Below, piece by piece: positions 36,972-47,255 of a DNA stretch of 62,297 nt (positions within the stretch are counted from its first letter, which is position 1; each line of letters starts with the position of its first letter). Under the pieces are notes generated by a model that did not search any database, was not told the DNA's origin, and worked only from the letters and a program-made list of their open reading frames with translations. The DNA comes from a virus. Its lineage: Duplodnaviria; Caudoviricetes. The DNA is taken from IMG/VR virus record IMGVR_UViG_3300042893_000318, positions 1 to 62,297 of that record. One strand, given 5' to 3'. Position numbers and translations under genes: made by a program.

Positions 36972-37400
36972 TTATGCTGGTTGACCTACGGCTATCCAGT
37001 TAAATCCAAATTTTCCAATTGCAGTTTCTATACCAGAATTGCCCAATAAATAATAACGAATATTAAATGAAGTATTATTATATCCTCCACCAACGTAATA
37101 AATCATAGGCGCAACAGAATTTGCACCAATACCGTAAGGAGTTACAACTACATAAGGAGATGTTCCTGCTTTAAATCCAGACCCAAATGAGCACGTCACA
37201 GATTTTTCTTTATTGACTTCTGGAGTTAAGTCTTGTCCAGTAGATCCTCCTCTTATAATAAGAGATACTACTGTTGAGTCATTTATTGATTGTTGTTTTG
37301 TATACACGTCCAGCTTAGCTTCTAGATCTGTAAGCTGTTTATTAAAGGCGTTGAGTTTAGATATGTCTAAAGGCTCTCCCGCTGCAAAAATGTCAGTCAT
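36972..37400 (-). CDS. Putative virion / tail-associated protein
   Basis: C-terminal FNWIAVG, resembling H-type lectin / gp53-like tail domains. Confidence 0.55.
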   Translation of the reverse strand: MTDIFAAGEPLDISKLNAFNKQLTDLEAKLDVYTKQQSINDSTVVSLIIRGGSTGQDLTPEVNKEKSVTCSFGSGFKAGTSPYVVVTPYGIGANSVAPMIYYVGGGYNNTSFNIRYYLLGNSGIETAIGKFGFNWIAVGQPA

Positions 37401-37801
37401 AAATTTTCTCCTAAGTCATGCATATTTACTTCTAAATCACTTACTTCAAGTACGTTAGATCTATCTAATCCATATTGAATAAATATATCTGGACTTACTA
37501 CATGCCGCCTTTTGTTTTGCGAGATAAGATATATCTTACCATCTGCAATGTTTTTTATCAAGGTGCCGTCTCTAAATCCTAATTTTCCTACCAGCTTTAT
37601 ATCAGATATGGCAGACTCAGTGGCATTTACAGTTGTAAATAACCAAGAGTCCGTGGCCCGATCAGATATTAGTTTATATCTTTTGCCATCTTTAATCCAA
37701 TAGGTAGCCTTGTCAGTTTTGACGGCTATTCCTGAAGGAAAATTAGTTGGCTGAGACACTAAGGCTGTCTGAGTATTCCTTTTCGGCTTTCTCTTTAGCA
37801 T
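37397..37801 (-). CDS. Hypothetical protein with duplicated beta motif
   Basis: YWIKDGKRY / IYLISQNKRR internal repeat. Confidence 0.65.
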   Translation of the reverse strand: MLKRKPKRNTQTALVSQPTNFPSGIAVKTDKATYWIKDGKRYKLISDRATDSWLFTTVNATESAISDIKLVGKLGFRDGTLIKNIADGKIYLISQNKRRHVVSPDIFIQYGLDRSNVLEVSDLEVNMHDLGENL

Positions 37802-37925
37802 TTTTTTCTTCCATAATCTGTGTAATTTCTGCTCGTAATATTGCTATTTGAGTTTCGTAATTGCTTACAATTTCCCCAATACGTTGTTGTAAGGCGGTAA
37901 TAATTAATTCCGCTTTATCTGCCAT
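37743..37925 (-). CDS. Small coiled-coil protein
   Basis: Heptad-rich 60-aa ORF. Confidence 0.6.
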   Translation of the reverse strand: MADKAELIITALQQRIGEIVSNYETQIAILRAEITQIMEEKNAKEKAEKEYSDSLSVSAN

Positions 37926-37933
37926 ATTAATTC

Positions 37934-38152
37934 CTAATCTACTACTGTAGCCAATTCAGCTACTAGAGCTTCCATTTTACCATTAATAGTAGAAAGTTGT
38001 CCAGCAAGTGTGTCAAGGTTCGTTTGATCTGGTGCTGGATCAGCATTTTCTTCTACCAAAGAAATCTCAACATTAAATTTAGAATACTCTAAATTTCTAA
38101 GGTGTTGATTAATAATGTTTCTTTTTTCATCATTAGTTAATTCATAAGTCAT
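37934..38152 (-). CDS. Small coiled-coil protein
   Basis: SD AGGAGG and upstream TGATATAAT. Confidence 0.7.
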   Translation of the reverse strand: MTYELTNDEKRNIINQHLRNLEYSKFNVEISLVEENADPAPDQTNLDTLAGQLSTINGKMEALVAELATVVD

Positions 38153-38219
38153 TTTGTGCCTCCTTTCATATTATATCATTTGTTAACTTATTTGACTATA
38201 CGTTAAATGTACACATATA

Positions 38220-40865
38220 TTAGCATGGCTCACCGCTTAAATAGGATTCGCAATCGCTAAAGGTGTAGCACATCCCGTAGAACGCATCGACACCGCTGCA
38301 CAGATAATTACCTGCTGGTGGAAAGTATGGGAAGAACGGTGGGAAGAATGGCGGGAAGAATGGTGGGAAGAATGGTGGGAAGAACGGGAAGAATGGTGTT
38401 GCAAAGTAAGGTGGGAAGAACGGTGCAGCTGCATCAGAGCCATTTGGAACCTTATTGCTTACTGATTGACCACTACCAGATATACCATTACCAGATGTTC
38501 CGCTGTAAGGTACAACTTGAACAAAATAAGAAGTTCCAGAAACTAGACCACTTATTGAGTATGAGGTATTTGTGGTAGATGTTGAAATTCCATTAGGTCC
38601 ACCAATAGTGACGGCGTAAGACCCTGCACCATAAACTGAATTCCAAGTTAGGCTTAAAGATCCGCTTGTGTATGATTTAACATCTAATCCAGTTAAATCT
38701 GGAAGTCCAATTGGTCCAATTTCATTTGTAATAATTGTTTGGCTTCCGTAGGCATTACTCCAAACAATAGTTACTCTCATATTATAAGATAGATCTGTGG
38801 ATCCAAGTACATAAGATGTACCATAATTTTGTGCAGTTACCCATGCTCCAGAAGATCCGCTATTTCTTTGCCATGTTATTGATGTTGACGTGACTGCTTG
38901 ACCAGCATTGGGATCTGTTTTATTTAAAGTTAATGTAGATCCAGATGCTGCTGATCCAGAAATAGATGCTGTTCCTCCAGAAGGTGCGGATGCGTTCCAT
39001 CGAGCATACATTGTAATTGAGCTTGGAGGGGTAAAAGAACCACCAGATGCAATTGGTCCATAAGTATAATCTCCAGATGGATTATTGTAGTACCCAAGAA
39101 ATGCATAGCCATCTTTAGTTCCTGGAGATGGCGCAATATGAGCTGTTCCAGCAGTTTGTGTAGTTGTCCCTCCGCCAGTGCCTCCATTTATAGAAACATT
39201 CCATGTAACGGTATACGATTTTAAAGCCCACTGTGCATATAAATCTAAATTTGCATTAGATGAATAACTTGTTCCTGGAGCATAATTAGTTCCAGTTCCA
39301 TTTGCGGCGGTGTTCCAAGTAACAAAATCATAATCTGTTTTAGTAAAACTATTGGCAGCAATTGTATACGCTGCGCCGCCTTGAGTATATGTTCCAGATG
39401 ACATTGTTCCGCCAGTGCTAGTATTTCCAAAATAATTAATAGAATAGTTAACTGGCGTTGCTGGGTATGGTATAACAGAATTTGATGCTGAAGAATACGT
39501 TCCAGTTCCCGCTGAATTTACTGCTGCAATTTGAAAAGAATAAGAGGTCCCCTGTACAAAACTACCAGTTGCCGTTAATGGGCTGCTTGTCCCAGACTGA
39601 GTGGTAATAGATATAGAAGGGCTTGATATTATATTATATGAAGTAATTGTTCCTCCGCCATTAGAAGATGGGGCGGTAAATGGAACTGAAACTACAGTAT
39701 CGCTTGTTCTAGACACTGTACCTATTGTGGGTGCACCAGGAACTGTAATTGCTGAGATAGTTATATTACTAACAGTAGATTCTGCATATAAGCTATTTCC
39801 TTTATCAGATGAGTTTTGAACTTTAAAAACAAAATTATAAGTTCCAGGAGAAAGACTATAAAACCCATTTGCTAGATCTGGAGTAAATGAGCTTGAAGAT
39901 GTACCAGTATATGATATTAATAATATTTTATTTGGATCATCGGCAGCATATTGATAATTATAGGTTACGCCAGTTGTTGTTGCAGAAACTGTAAATGATG
40001 ATATGGATGGAGTCTTATAATATACCAAAGCAGAAGATGAGTATATAAAGTCGCTTGCTTGTCCAGAACTATTGCTTCCTTTTACTCCCAGCCTTAAATA
40101 TTTACCCTTATACGTTGAAGCATCGTATGATAGATTATCAGTATTTCTTACAGTCCATCCAGTAGTTCCATTATCTGAAGTTTCCCAGCTTACTATATTT
40201 GAAGTAATAGTAACATCATTATAGTAGCTTCCGTATCCAGTTATATTGTAAGTATAGTTAGTATTTGCATCTCTAGAAATTGTTGGGGAGCCAGGAATTC
40301 CTTTGGGTCTTGGATAGTTTATTGTAACAAATCCAGTCAATACACTATTTAAAGTAAATGTACTAAATGAAGTAGTAGTTTTATTAGGGGTAACATTTGC
40401 ATTTGTTGCAGAAACAACAAATCTAAATAGAGTATTTGCTCCAGATGGAAAATCTGATTCTTGTAAAGTATATGTATACTGAGCACTAGTTGTAGGATTA
40501 ACATTAAAATTTGTTGGATTTCCTATTGGTATCCATGTAGGATTACCGCTAGTTGGAACCACCGCTCTTTCAAATTGATACGTACCAGATGAATAGTTTG
40601 TCCAGTTATAATTAGTTCCGACTAAAACTGGGGCACTGCTAGTCCAGTCTACTGTTCTATCAGTTGTTCCAGATATTGATATTGCTACTCTATTTATTCC
40701 AGGAACTGAAATTTGTGGTTGTCCTGCTCCGCCCCAAAATAACTGCCAACCAGATGCTGCGGTATTAGCAAATCCAGATATAGCTTGTTTCCATCCGCCT
40801 ACAGTATTTATCCAAATATTTACAATCTGCTTCCATCCATCGGAGGTATTTATCCAATTGGTCAT
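38220..40865 (-). CDS. Tail fibre / receptor-binding protein with FN3 and Listeria-Bacteroides (B-repeat) domains
   Basis: VPGAPTIG...AVNSAGTG FN3; two B-repeats (FTKTDYDFVTWNT...LYAQW, KDGYAFLGYY...MYARW); C-terminal PFFP repeats and Cys-rich tip. Confidence 0.8.
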   Translation of the reverse strand: MTNWINTSDGWKQIVNIWINTVGGWKQAISGFANTAASGWQLFWGGAGQPQISVPGINRVAISISGTTDRTVDWTSSAPVLVGTNYNWTNYSSGTYQFERAVVPTSGNPTWIPIGNPTNFNVNPTTSAQYTYTLQESDFPSGANTLFRFVVSATNANVTPNKTTTSFSTFTLNSVLTGFVTINYPRPKGIPGSPTISRDANTNYTYNITGYGSYYNDVTITSNIVSWETSDNGTTGWTVRNTDNLSYDASTYKGKYLRLGVKGSNSSGQASDFIYSSSALVYYKTPSISSFTVSATTTGVTYNYQYAADDPNKILLISYTGTSSSSFTPDLANGFYSLSPGTYNFVFKVQNSSDKGNSLYAESTVSNITISAITVPGAPTIGTVSRTSDTVVSVPFTAPSSNGGGTITSYNIISSPSISITTQSGTSSPLTATGSFVQGTSYSFQIAAVNSAGTGTYSSASNSVIPYPATPVNYSINYFGNTSTGGTMSSGTYTQGGAAYTIAANSFTKTDYDFVTWNTAANGTGTNYAPGTSYSSNANLDLYAQWALKSYTVTWNVSINGGTGGGTTTQTAGTAHIAPSPGTKDGYAFLGYYNNPSGDYTYGPIASGGSFTPPSSITMYARWNASAPSGGTASISGSAASGSTLTLNKTDPNAGQAVTSTSITWQRNSGSSGAWVTAQNYGTSYVLGSTDLSYNMRVTIVWSNAYGSQTIITNEIGPIGLPDLTGLDVKSYTSGSLSLTWNSVYGAGSYAVTIGGPNGISTSTTNTSYSISGLVSGTSYFVQVVPYSGTSGNGISGSGQSVSNKVPNGSDAAAPFFPPYFATPFFPFFPPFFPPFFPPFFPPFFPYFPPAGNYLCSGVDAFYGMCYTFSDCESYLSGEPC
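38322..38424 (-). repeat. 12-bp tandem repeat encoding (PPFF)n
   Basis: gggaagaa(t/c)gg(t/c) units. Confidence 0.9.
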
Positions 40866-43800
40866 ACGCTATAGACCAATACTATGTCCCCTTGCTTACC
40901 GCCAGATGGCTGAGCATCTGTAGTGGTAAATCTAACTTCCTTTAAATTAGATGCATTAGAAGGACTAATTCCAATTGAAACTCCATCAGTTTCGCTAAGA
41001 GAAACAAATCCAGTTGTAGTTGTTTTATTTGGATATAAAAATAGGCCAGCTACTGATGAACCAATTCTTCCATAAGAATCTCCTCTAATTAAAAATCCAC
41101 TTTGAAAAGATGAAGATGAAGAAGTATTAATTGCAAATGTTCCTCCGCCTGGAGAATCTAATTGAAAAGAAGCACTTGTAACATTGATAGAATATCCATT
41201 TGAAGAAGTTCCTTCAAAAAACTTTATTGTATTTGATGCTGCTGAATCTATTTCTATTCTAGTGCTTCCAACCGCACCTGTTCTTAATGTTCCGCTAAAT
41301 AAAGCATTACCGTTAGAATCAATATTAAATTGAGTAGATGTTATTGCACCATTGGCAAGGGTAAGCGGTCCTATAACAGCAGATTTAGTTGTTAGCATAC
41401 CTGCTGTAAGTTTAAATAATTCTTCTCCCGTACCAACATTTGTACCGTATCCATATATTCCTGTATCATCAATATAGACTCCGCTTGCAGGTCTATCAGT
41501 TTTATTAGCAGTAGCAGATGTTTTAAATACTGATCCAACAATTTCAGCACCAGATATTTTACTTGTTGCATCTATGTTGCTTGCAGTAATTGTTCCTTTA
41601 AAAAATGCATCTCCGTCATTATTTATATAAAAATTCTTTGATGACATTGCTCCATCATCTAGGCTAATTGCCAATCCATTATTACTAAAATCACTTCCAA
41701 CTCCACCCGATAAAGGGTTTTGACCGTATAGTGTTGAAATTAATAATCCTGTTGAAACTGCTCCGCCTATAATATAAGTTGCTTCTGAGCTACCTTGTGC
41801 CGCATTTACTTTTTGAATAATTGCGGCAGCATTAAGATCTTCTGGCTGTAACGCAAGGTCGGCAGCAGCTTTTGCAGCAGCTGCTTCTAATTTAGCTAGT
41901 GCTATCTCATCAAAAGTAGATCCAGATTCAATTACCAATGCTCCAGAAATAACGGCACCAGTTGCGTATAAATTTCCTCCTGCAGTAACTCTAAAATTAG
42001 CACCAGATGCAACACTTCCACCAGTTGCAGATTGTCCTGCCCATAAAACAATATCATTCGCAGAAGAAACTTGAGGCCTTATTCCAACATAGTATGCGCT
42101 GTTATTAGCAATAATTGTTCCAGAAGAATTTAATGATATACCGTTTTTACTTATAGTTGTGCTATCAACATCCCAGCCGCCAATGTTTGCAGATACTGTT
42201 GTTAATTTTCCAGTACTTGCATTTATAACAGTTTTTTCTGTGCTATTTTGATAGAAGGAAAGTCCAGATGTATTTAATATATATCCTGTACCAGATATTT
42301 CTCCAGATACAATCGTTCCTGAGTATAAAGATCCTCCAGATGCAATAGAAACATTGCCTTTAAATGTTCCCTTTTGTGCTATAAGATTTCCATCTATCGC
42401 AAACTCTGAGCCGTTCCAATTTAAATAATTAGATGTTGATCCTCCTATATTTAGTCTTGCTGAGTTTGCAGCATTTAAATACCAGTAGTTGCTTGAATCT
42501 AAATAAAGACCTTTATCATTAGCGCCAGAAATTCCATATCCTAATTTCATATTTCCAGCAGAAATATAATTAGACATTGATGGTGTTCCAGGAATCAATC
42601 TGTCGGTAGCAGATATATAATTTGTAGAAGTGTTATTAAATTCATCATATGTTGCTACCGCTATTTTGTAAGTAGAACCTATTGCTAATCCACCAAGTCT
42701 ATAGGTGGTACCAGTACCTGGAGAATCTACATAAGAATATGTTGTTCCACCATCATTACTAAATCTAATTCTATATCCTCTAATGCCTCCGCCAGTTACA
42801 GATGGCCAAGAAACATCTATGTATCCATTAAATCCTAAATATCCAGAAGTATCAATTCCTGCAGTTGTTGTAACAGAAATAACATCTGATGGGCCTTCAG
42901 TATCCGCAGTGACTGCAGCGTATGGAGTTACATGCTGAGCAGTTCCGTATGTAGTAGCATTTCCAGTAGAGTCATAAAACTTTGCACGAACCCATCTTTT
43001 ATTTGAATTAAGTGTATTTACGTTTAAAGGATTTTGATTTCCTTGAGCCACTTGTGTATACCCAGTGCTTGGAGCAGTATTAGAACTACTCTCTACCTCT
43101 TCAATGTATATTTGATCTAATGGTTTTCCAGACTGACTATTCCAAGAAACAGAATAAGAAAGAATTCCTGGAGTCAATGTTATTACTGGAGTATCTAGCG
43201 GGGTTACATAGTCTGAAGAAGTCTCAGTAGTAACTGCAGATAAATTTCCAAAACTATCTACTGCTGTCACGGACATTGTAAATCCACCAGCAAATAAACC
43301 AAACGTTGCAATATTTAGTTCACGACTCAAATAAAAAGCTTGAGATGAAGATGTTTTATTAACTGCCAGTATAAAAGATCTTGAGCGTCCGCTGTTTGTT
43401 AATTTAACTATAAAATGATTTATATCCAAATTTGAATTAGTTGAATCTGAAAATGTTGAATCATACGTAAATGAAACTTTTAATGTATCTGTTTTAGTAG
43501 TTCCATCATCTTTAAGCCATGTGCCAGATAATGAACTTATTGCTGTGGGAGATTTAAATGATCTAGCAGACTGAATTGAACTAAATAAAGAAAGTGATCC
43601 TAATGCTGTCTGCGCCTGAAGCTTAAAAAAGTATTCTCCTATTGGAAGAGTTATTGTCTTAGTTCCAGCTTCAGTAAAAAATTGTCCAGAGTTTACAAAC
43701 TCACTTCCGTATGTCCCGCCTTTGATCCAAACATTTACCTGCTTTAGACCCACCATTGTACCGTCTAAACTATTTAATCCAGTCCAAGTTAGTTTAACAA

Positions 43801-44044
43801 ATCCATTACCGCCAACTAAGTTTCCAGAAACAAATTTAGGAGTATTTGGAGTTCCCTCTGATACTGTAAATGTAGAAAATGTTGAAGACCATTCACTTGT
43901 AGTCTTGTCTTCATACGCCCATCTAAACTGAAAATTATAATTTTCTGCAGGATTTAAATCATTTACTGTTACAAGAAAATAGTCATTAGTTTTTTTATCG
44001 CTGGTTGTATTTCTTAAATCATCAGGAATAATTTTATCTGCCAT
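40862..44044 (-). CDS. Minor tail protein with FN3 domains and beta-helical / fibre C-terminus
   Basis: Several FN3-like repeats (e.g. GYRIRFS...YKIAVATYD); Gly/Ser/Thr-rich; located in the tail module. Confidence 0.78.
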   Translation of the reverse strand: MADKIIPDDLRNTTSDKKTNDYFLVTVNDLNPAENYNFQFRWAYEDKTTSEWSSTFSTFTVSEGTPNTPKFVSGNLVGGNGFVKLTWTGLNSLDGTMVGLKQVNVWIKGGTYGSEFVNSGQFFTEAGTKTITLPIGEYFFKLQAQTALGSLSLFSSIQSARSFKSPTAISSLSGTWLKDDGTTKTDTLKVSFTYDSTFSDSTNSNLDINHFIVKLTNSGRSRSFILAVNKTSSSQAFYLSRELNIATFGLFAGGFTMSVTAVDSFGNLSAVTTETSSDYVTPLDTPVITLTPGILSYSVSWNSQSGKPLDQIYIEEVESSSNTAPSTGYTQVAQGNQNPLNVNTLNSNKRWVRAKFYDSTGNATTYGTAQHVTPYAAVTADTEGPSDVISVTTTAGIDTSGYLGFNGYIDVSWPSVTGGGIRGYRIRFSNDGGTTYSYVDSPGTGTTYRLGGLAIGSTYKIAVATYDEFNNTSTNYISATDRLIPGTPSMSNYISAGNMKLGYGISGANDKGLYLDSSNYWYLNAANSARLNIGGSTSNYLNWNGSEFAIDGNLIAQKGTFKGNVSIASGGSLYSGTIVSGEISGTGYILNTSGLSFYQNSTEKTVINASTGKLTTVSANIGGWDVDSTTISKNGISLNSSGTIIANNSAYYVGIRPQVSSANDIVLWAGQSATGGSVASGANFRVTAGGNLYATGAVISGALVIESGSTFDEIALAKLEAAAAKAAADLALQPEDLNAAAIIQKVNAAQGSSEATYIIGGAVSTGLLISTLYGQNPLSGGVGSDFSNNGLAISLDDGAMSSKNFYINNDGDAFFKGTITASNIDATSKISGAEIVGSVFKTSATANKTDRPASGVYIDDTGIYGYGTNVGTGEELFKLTAGMLTTKSAVIGPLTLANGAITSTQFNIDSNGNALFSGTLRTGAVGSTRIEIDSAASNTIKFFEGTSSNGYSINVTSASFQLDSPGGGTFAINTSSSSSFQSGFLIRGDSYGRIGSSVAGLFLYPNKTTTTGFVSLSETDGVSIGISPSNASNLKEVRFTTTDAQPSGGKQGDIVLVYSV

Positions 44045-44045
44045 A

Positions 44046-45050
44046 TTAGAATCCCAATGATAATCTATACTCTATGTCTACTTGTCTTCCCGCTATTTTT
44101 GTAAGCGGGGTAGTTAAAATTGAACGGCTAATCAAGCCATAGGCTGGATCAAAGGTGTCCTCATCATTTATTCTGAGTCCGTCTAAATAGATATATGAGT
44201 TACTTGCTGCTGAAGATCTTGTTATTTCAATACCTATATACTCAATTAAATTTTTAACAGGAGTTCCGCTAGCATTATTAAATACTGTAGCCATTGAGAT
44301 TTCTTGAATTTTATTTCCAGTTCCAGTGCTAGGAGTTATGTCTCCATAAAAATAACCTCCATTAGCACTATAAAATTTTATTCTAATTTTACTAGAATTT
44401 GTATCATATCTATTGTAGGCTATTGATAAAGTATCATTCTCGCTATATCCAGATATGTCTAAATAGTTTGTTTTAACCTTATATTCTTTAGTTAAACTTG
44501 TTGTATCTGAATTTGGAAACTTCCACTCTAAAACATTTTCTCCAATTCTAGGAGATGGGGTCGTAGCATACTTTGGATTATATCCATCTATATCTTCCCA
44601 TATTGTATTGTCTGAAAAGTCTGATAAGAATTTATCTGAGTAAGCATTTTGAGAAGATCCTCCGCCAGGATAGATTCCAACTTCATTAATTACTCCTACT
44701 AAATTTTGTGGCACAGTTGATTTATATACAACAGCATATTCAAAAGTGGGGTTATCCTCTGCGTCTAATACTGGGTCCCCATTTATATCAAATATCTGCT
44801 GAATGTCTATACTGCCAAAATTAACTGGAATCTTATACGCTTCAAATCCCAGTCTGGTATTTGATATAGATGCAGGATGCTCTATTTGTGTTGCTATTCC
44901 TAAAGACAACTGTTTGGTATTAAACAAAACATTGCCAGCTAAGTAGTTTGTTAAAAATCTTTTTCCAAATTTAGTTACAACGTTTGGGCTACGATATACT
45001 TCAATTCCATCTTGATAAAATATATAAGTTCCTTTTAGCATATTACGCAC
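44046..45050 (-). CDS. Minor tail protein
   Basis: Position in the tail module; NVVTKFGKR and INEVGIY motifs. Confidence 0.65.
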   Translation of the reverse strand: MRNMLKGTYIFYQDGIEVYRSPNVVTKFGKRFLTNYLAGNVLFNTKQLSLGIATQIEHPASISNTRLGFEAYKIPVNFGSIDIQQIFDINGDPVLDAEDNPTFEYAVVYKSTVPQNLVGVINEVGIYPGGGSSQNAYSDKFLSDFSDNTIWEDIDGYNPKYATTPSPRIGENVLEWKFPNSDTTSLTKEYKVKTNYLDISGYSENDTLSIAYNRYDTNSSKIRIKFYSANGGYFYGDITPSTGTGNKIQEISMATVFNNASGTPVKNLIEYIGIEITRSSAASNSYIYLDGLRINDEDTFDPAYGLISRSILTTPLTKIAGRQVDIEYRLSLGF

Positions 45051-45435
45051 CCTCTTTAAAATTAATAATTTTTGTATCTACACCCAGAAGCTTTTTGCCA
45101 CTAGAATTCTTAACCTTTAAAACCAGTCTTGCTCTTGTAACACCCTTTGAATCTAAATAAGTTGTATTTGAAAATACAGATATATCAGCTAATTGAGGCT
45201 TGACGGAATTAATAACATCGTTACCAATATCTTCTGAAGTTAAATTGGGATCTGAATTTGTTAACCCTACAGAATATGTGCCACCTCCACCAAATATTCC
45301 ACCAGCGGTAGAGTTAGACACACCTACATTTAATCTATTTATTGCTCCAGAATTTAAAAATGCAGACTCAATAGATCCTTCGGCAATTGTAACTGAAGGG
45401 GTTTTGGTAATATTTAAATCACTTTGATTGGCCAT
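45043..45435 (-). CDS. Putative tail-associated protein
   Basis: Position; leaderless start after TGATATAAT. Confidence 0.6.
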   Translation of the reverse strand: MANQSDLNITKTPSVTIAEGSIESAFLNSGAINRLNVGVSNSTAGGIFGGGGTYSVGLTNSDPNLTSEDIGNDVINSVKPQLADISVFSNTTYLDSKGVTRARLVLKVKNSSGKKLLGVDTKIINFKEGA

Positions 45436-45458
45436 AATAACATTATATCATTAGTGAA

Positions 45459-47255
45459 CTATAAAGTTCGACATCTGATCTGCGTCTCCAATCCAGATTC
45501 ATAATTATGATCTATTCCAAGAACTACAAATTTTCTGTAATTTGTATTACCTGACTGAGCGCTTAAAGATTGATATGAATGATTAATTTCAATTAAATCT
45601 CCAACTTCTAAAAATGGATTTCCAAATACAGTCATCTCCACAGTCATTTGTTTGCTTGCCCAATTTGTTTTTATCCAAGTTTCTAGGGAAGCAGCCTCCT
45701 GTTTTGACTGTATCCAATTTGAAGCAAATACTAGTGGCTCTTCTACTGTAAATTCACTAAGCTTAGTACTAGATTCCTCATATTCACCAGTCTTTGATAT
45801 GGTGCTGCCAAGGACAAAGAAGCTGTTGGTATCCCCGTCCTCCAACGGAATAAATGATGATGAATTATTTAAAACATAAATTTCTGCTCCAAAGTTAGTT
45901 AGTTTAGATCCAACTACTGCAGCTAGCTTATTAATACCAGTAGAAACGTATACTGGCTTTCCTGGTCTACTATTGTATCTAATTTTAATTTTTCTTAACT
46001 CTCTAGCAACAGTTCCAAATTCTTCTATCGATCCCACTGGAGGATCGATATTTTGGCTATTAAATATAGTCTCGCCAAAGTTAGTATTTAATATACTTTT
46101 AGAATATGCTCCACTATATGTTCCATAAGTAGAATCAGTATCTAAATAATTTTCAAGAGTTATTGAATTTGCATAAACATAGTCTAAATACATATTAGTG
46201 TTTAAATGAGCATAAGCTGCAATTGTATCTTTAGGATATAAAATAAGGTTTTTTCCAATAAGATTATCTGTTGCAGTAATTTTAAATCCATTAATATAGG
46301 CAATAATTTCAACTTGTGTTTCAGTTGATTTAACTTTAATATCTATCTTATATATTTGTCCAGAATATACTCCAACAACCTGATTTAAATCAATAGTCTG
46401 AGAATCTGATATTTTAAAATATTCTCCATTAATTAATTTAAAAAATGATACTTCTCTTGGGGTTGTTGCTGCTACTGAATCTACTGTGGTTTGAATTTGT
46501 ATAAAATATCCACTTACTTTTGCGCTATCATAAAAAAATCCAAATCCCCCACGTTGAGCAGGATTTTTTAATTTATCATCAAAAAATAGTGCTGTGCCAA
46601 ATGTATTGTATACTGGCTTTAGATCAGTTGGAAGATCTACGTTAATTGAACTCTTCCATATTCCGTTTACCATTTTACCCCATCTTTTATAGGATATTTT
46701 TTTTGTTGCAGCGTTGGCTAAATTTGCAGGGCCTGCTATAAGCAGGACTCCTCTTGGCACATTTGTTGTCAAACCGTTTTTGAGTGCTAAATCTTCTGAA
46801 GGGGTAGCTGTAGTCTGATCGGTAATTCCTTCTATTATCTCTTCCTTGCCATTAGGATTTTCTCTATCTACAATAACGGTAACATTTGTTTTGGGTGATT
46901 CAGATACTCCTGGCATTTGAATAACTTTTTCAATTGATCTTCCAAAATTTCCGCCCTGATTAATTTGACTAAATCCTACAATAAAAACTTTGTATCTGGA
47001 TGTAGGTGTTAGTCCAGTTATTACTATAGGTGAAGAATTTGAATTGATGGTTACAGTTGGAGGATTTACTGAAAATGGTTGTCCGTCTGTAACATACATT
47101 AACTTAAAACTTTTTATAATCCCGCCGTTATCAGATATAGAAATAGTAATCTTTGTTCTATCTGTAGCGTCTAAAGCAAAAGAAAAATCCAATATATCTA
47201 AGGTGGCATAAGATGGATCGTAAATTCCGCGTTCTGGTGCTATTGCCATTACCAA
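45459..47255 (-). CDS. Minor tail protein (hub / Tal-like C-terminus)
   Basis: C-terminal GNPFLEVGDLI motif typical of tail-tip proteins. Confidence 0.72.
   Translation of the reverse strand: MVMAIAPERGIYDPSYATLDILDFSFALDATDRTKITISISDNGGIIKSFKLMYVTDGQPFSVNPPTVTINSNSSPIVITGLTPTSRYKVFIVGFSQINQGGNFGRSIEKVIQMPGVSESPKTNVTVIVDRENPNGKEEIIEGITDQTTATPSEDLALKNGLTTNVPRGVLLIAGPANLANAATKKISYKRWGKMVNGIWKSSINVDLPTDLKPVYNTFGTALFFDDKLKNPAQRGGFGFFYDSAKVSGYFIQIQTTVDSVAATTPREVSFFKLINGEYFKISDSQTIDLNQVVGVYSGQIYKIDIKVKSTETQVEIIAYINGFKITATDNLIGKNLILYPKDTIAAYAHLNTNMYLDYVYANSITLENYLDTDSTYGTYSGAYSKSILNTNFGETIFNSQNIDPPVGSIEEFGTVARELRKIKIRYNSRPGKPVYVSTGINKLAAVVGSKLTNFGAEIYVLNNSSSFIPLEDGDTNSFFVLGSTISKTGEYEESSTKLSEFTVEEPLVFASNWIQSKQEAASLETWIKTNWASKQMTVEMTVFGNPFLEVGDLIEINHSYQSLSAQSGNTNYRKFVVLGIDHNYESGLETQIRCRTL

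Noticed and set aside
38322-38424. Short tandem repeats as a CRISPR array
   Set aside because: The 12-bp units are contiguous with no spacers and lie in frame within a CDS
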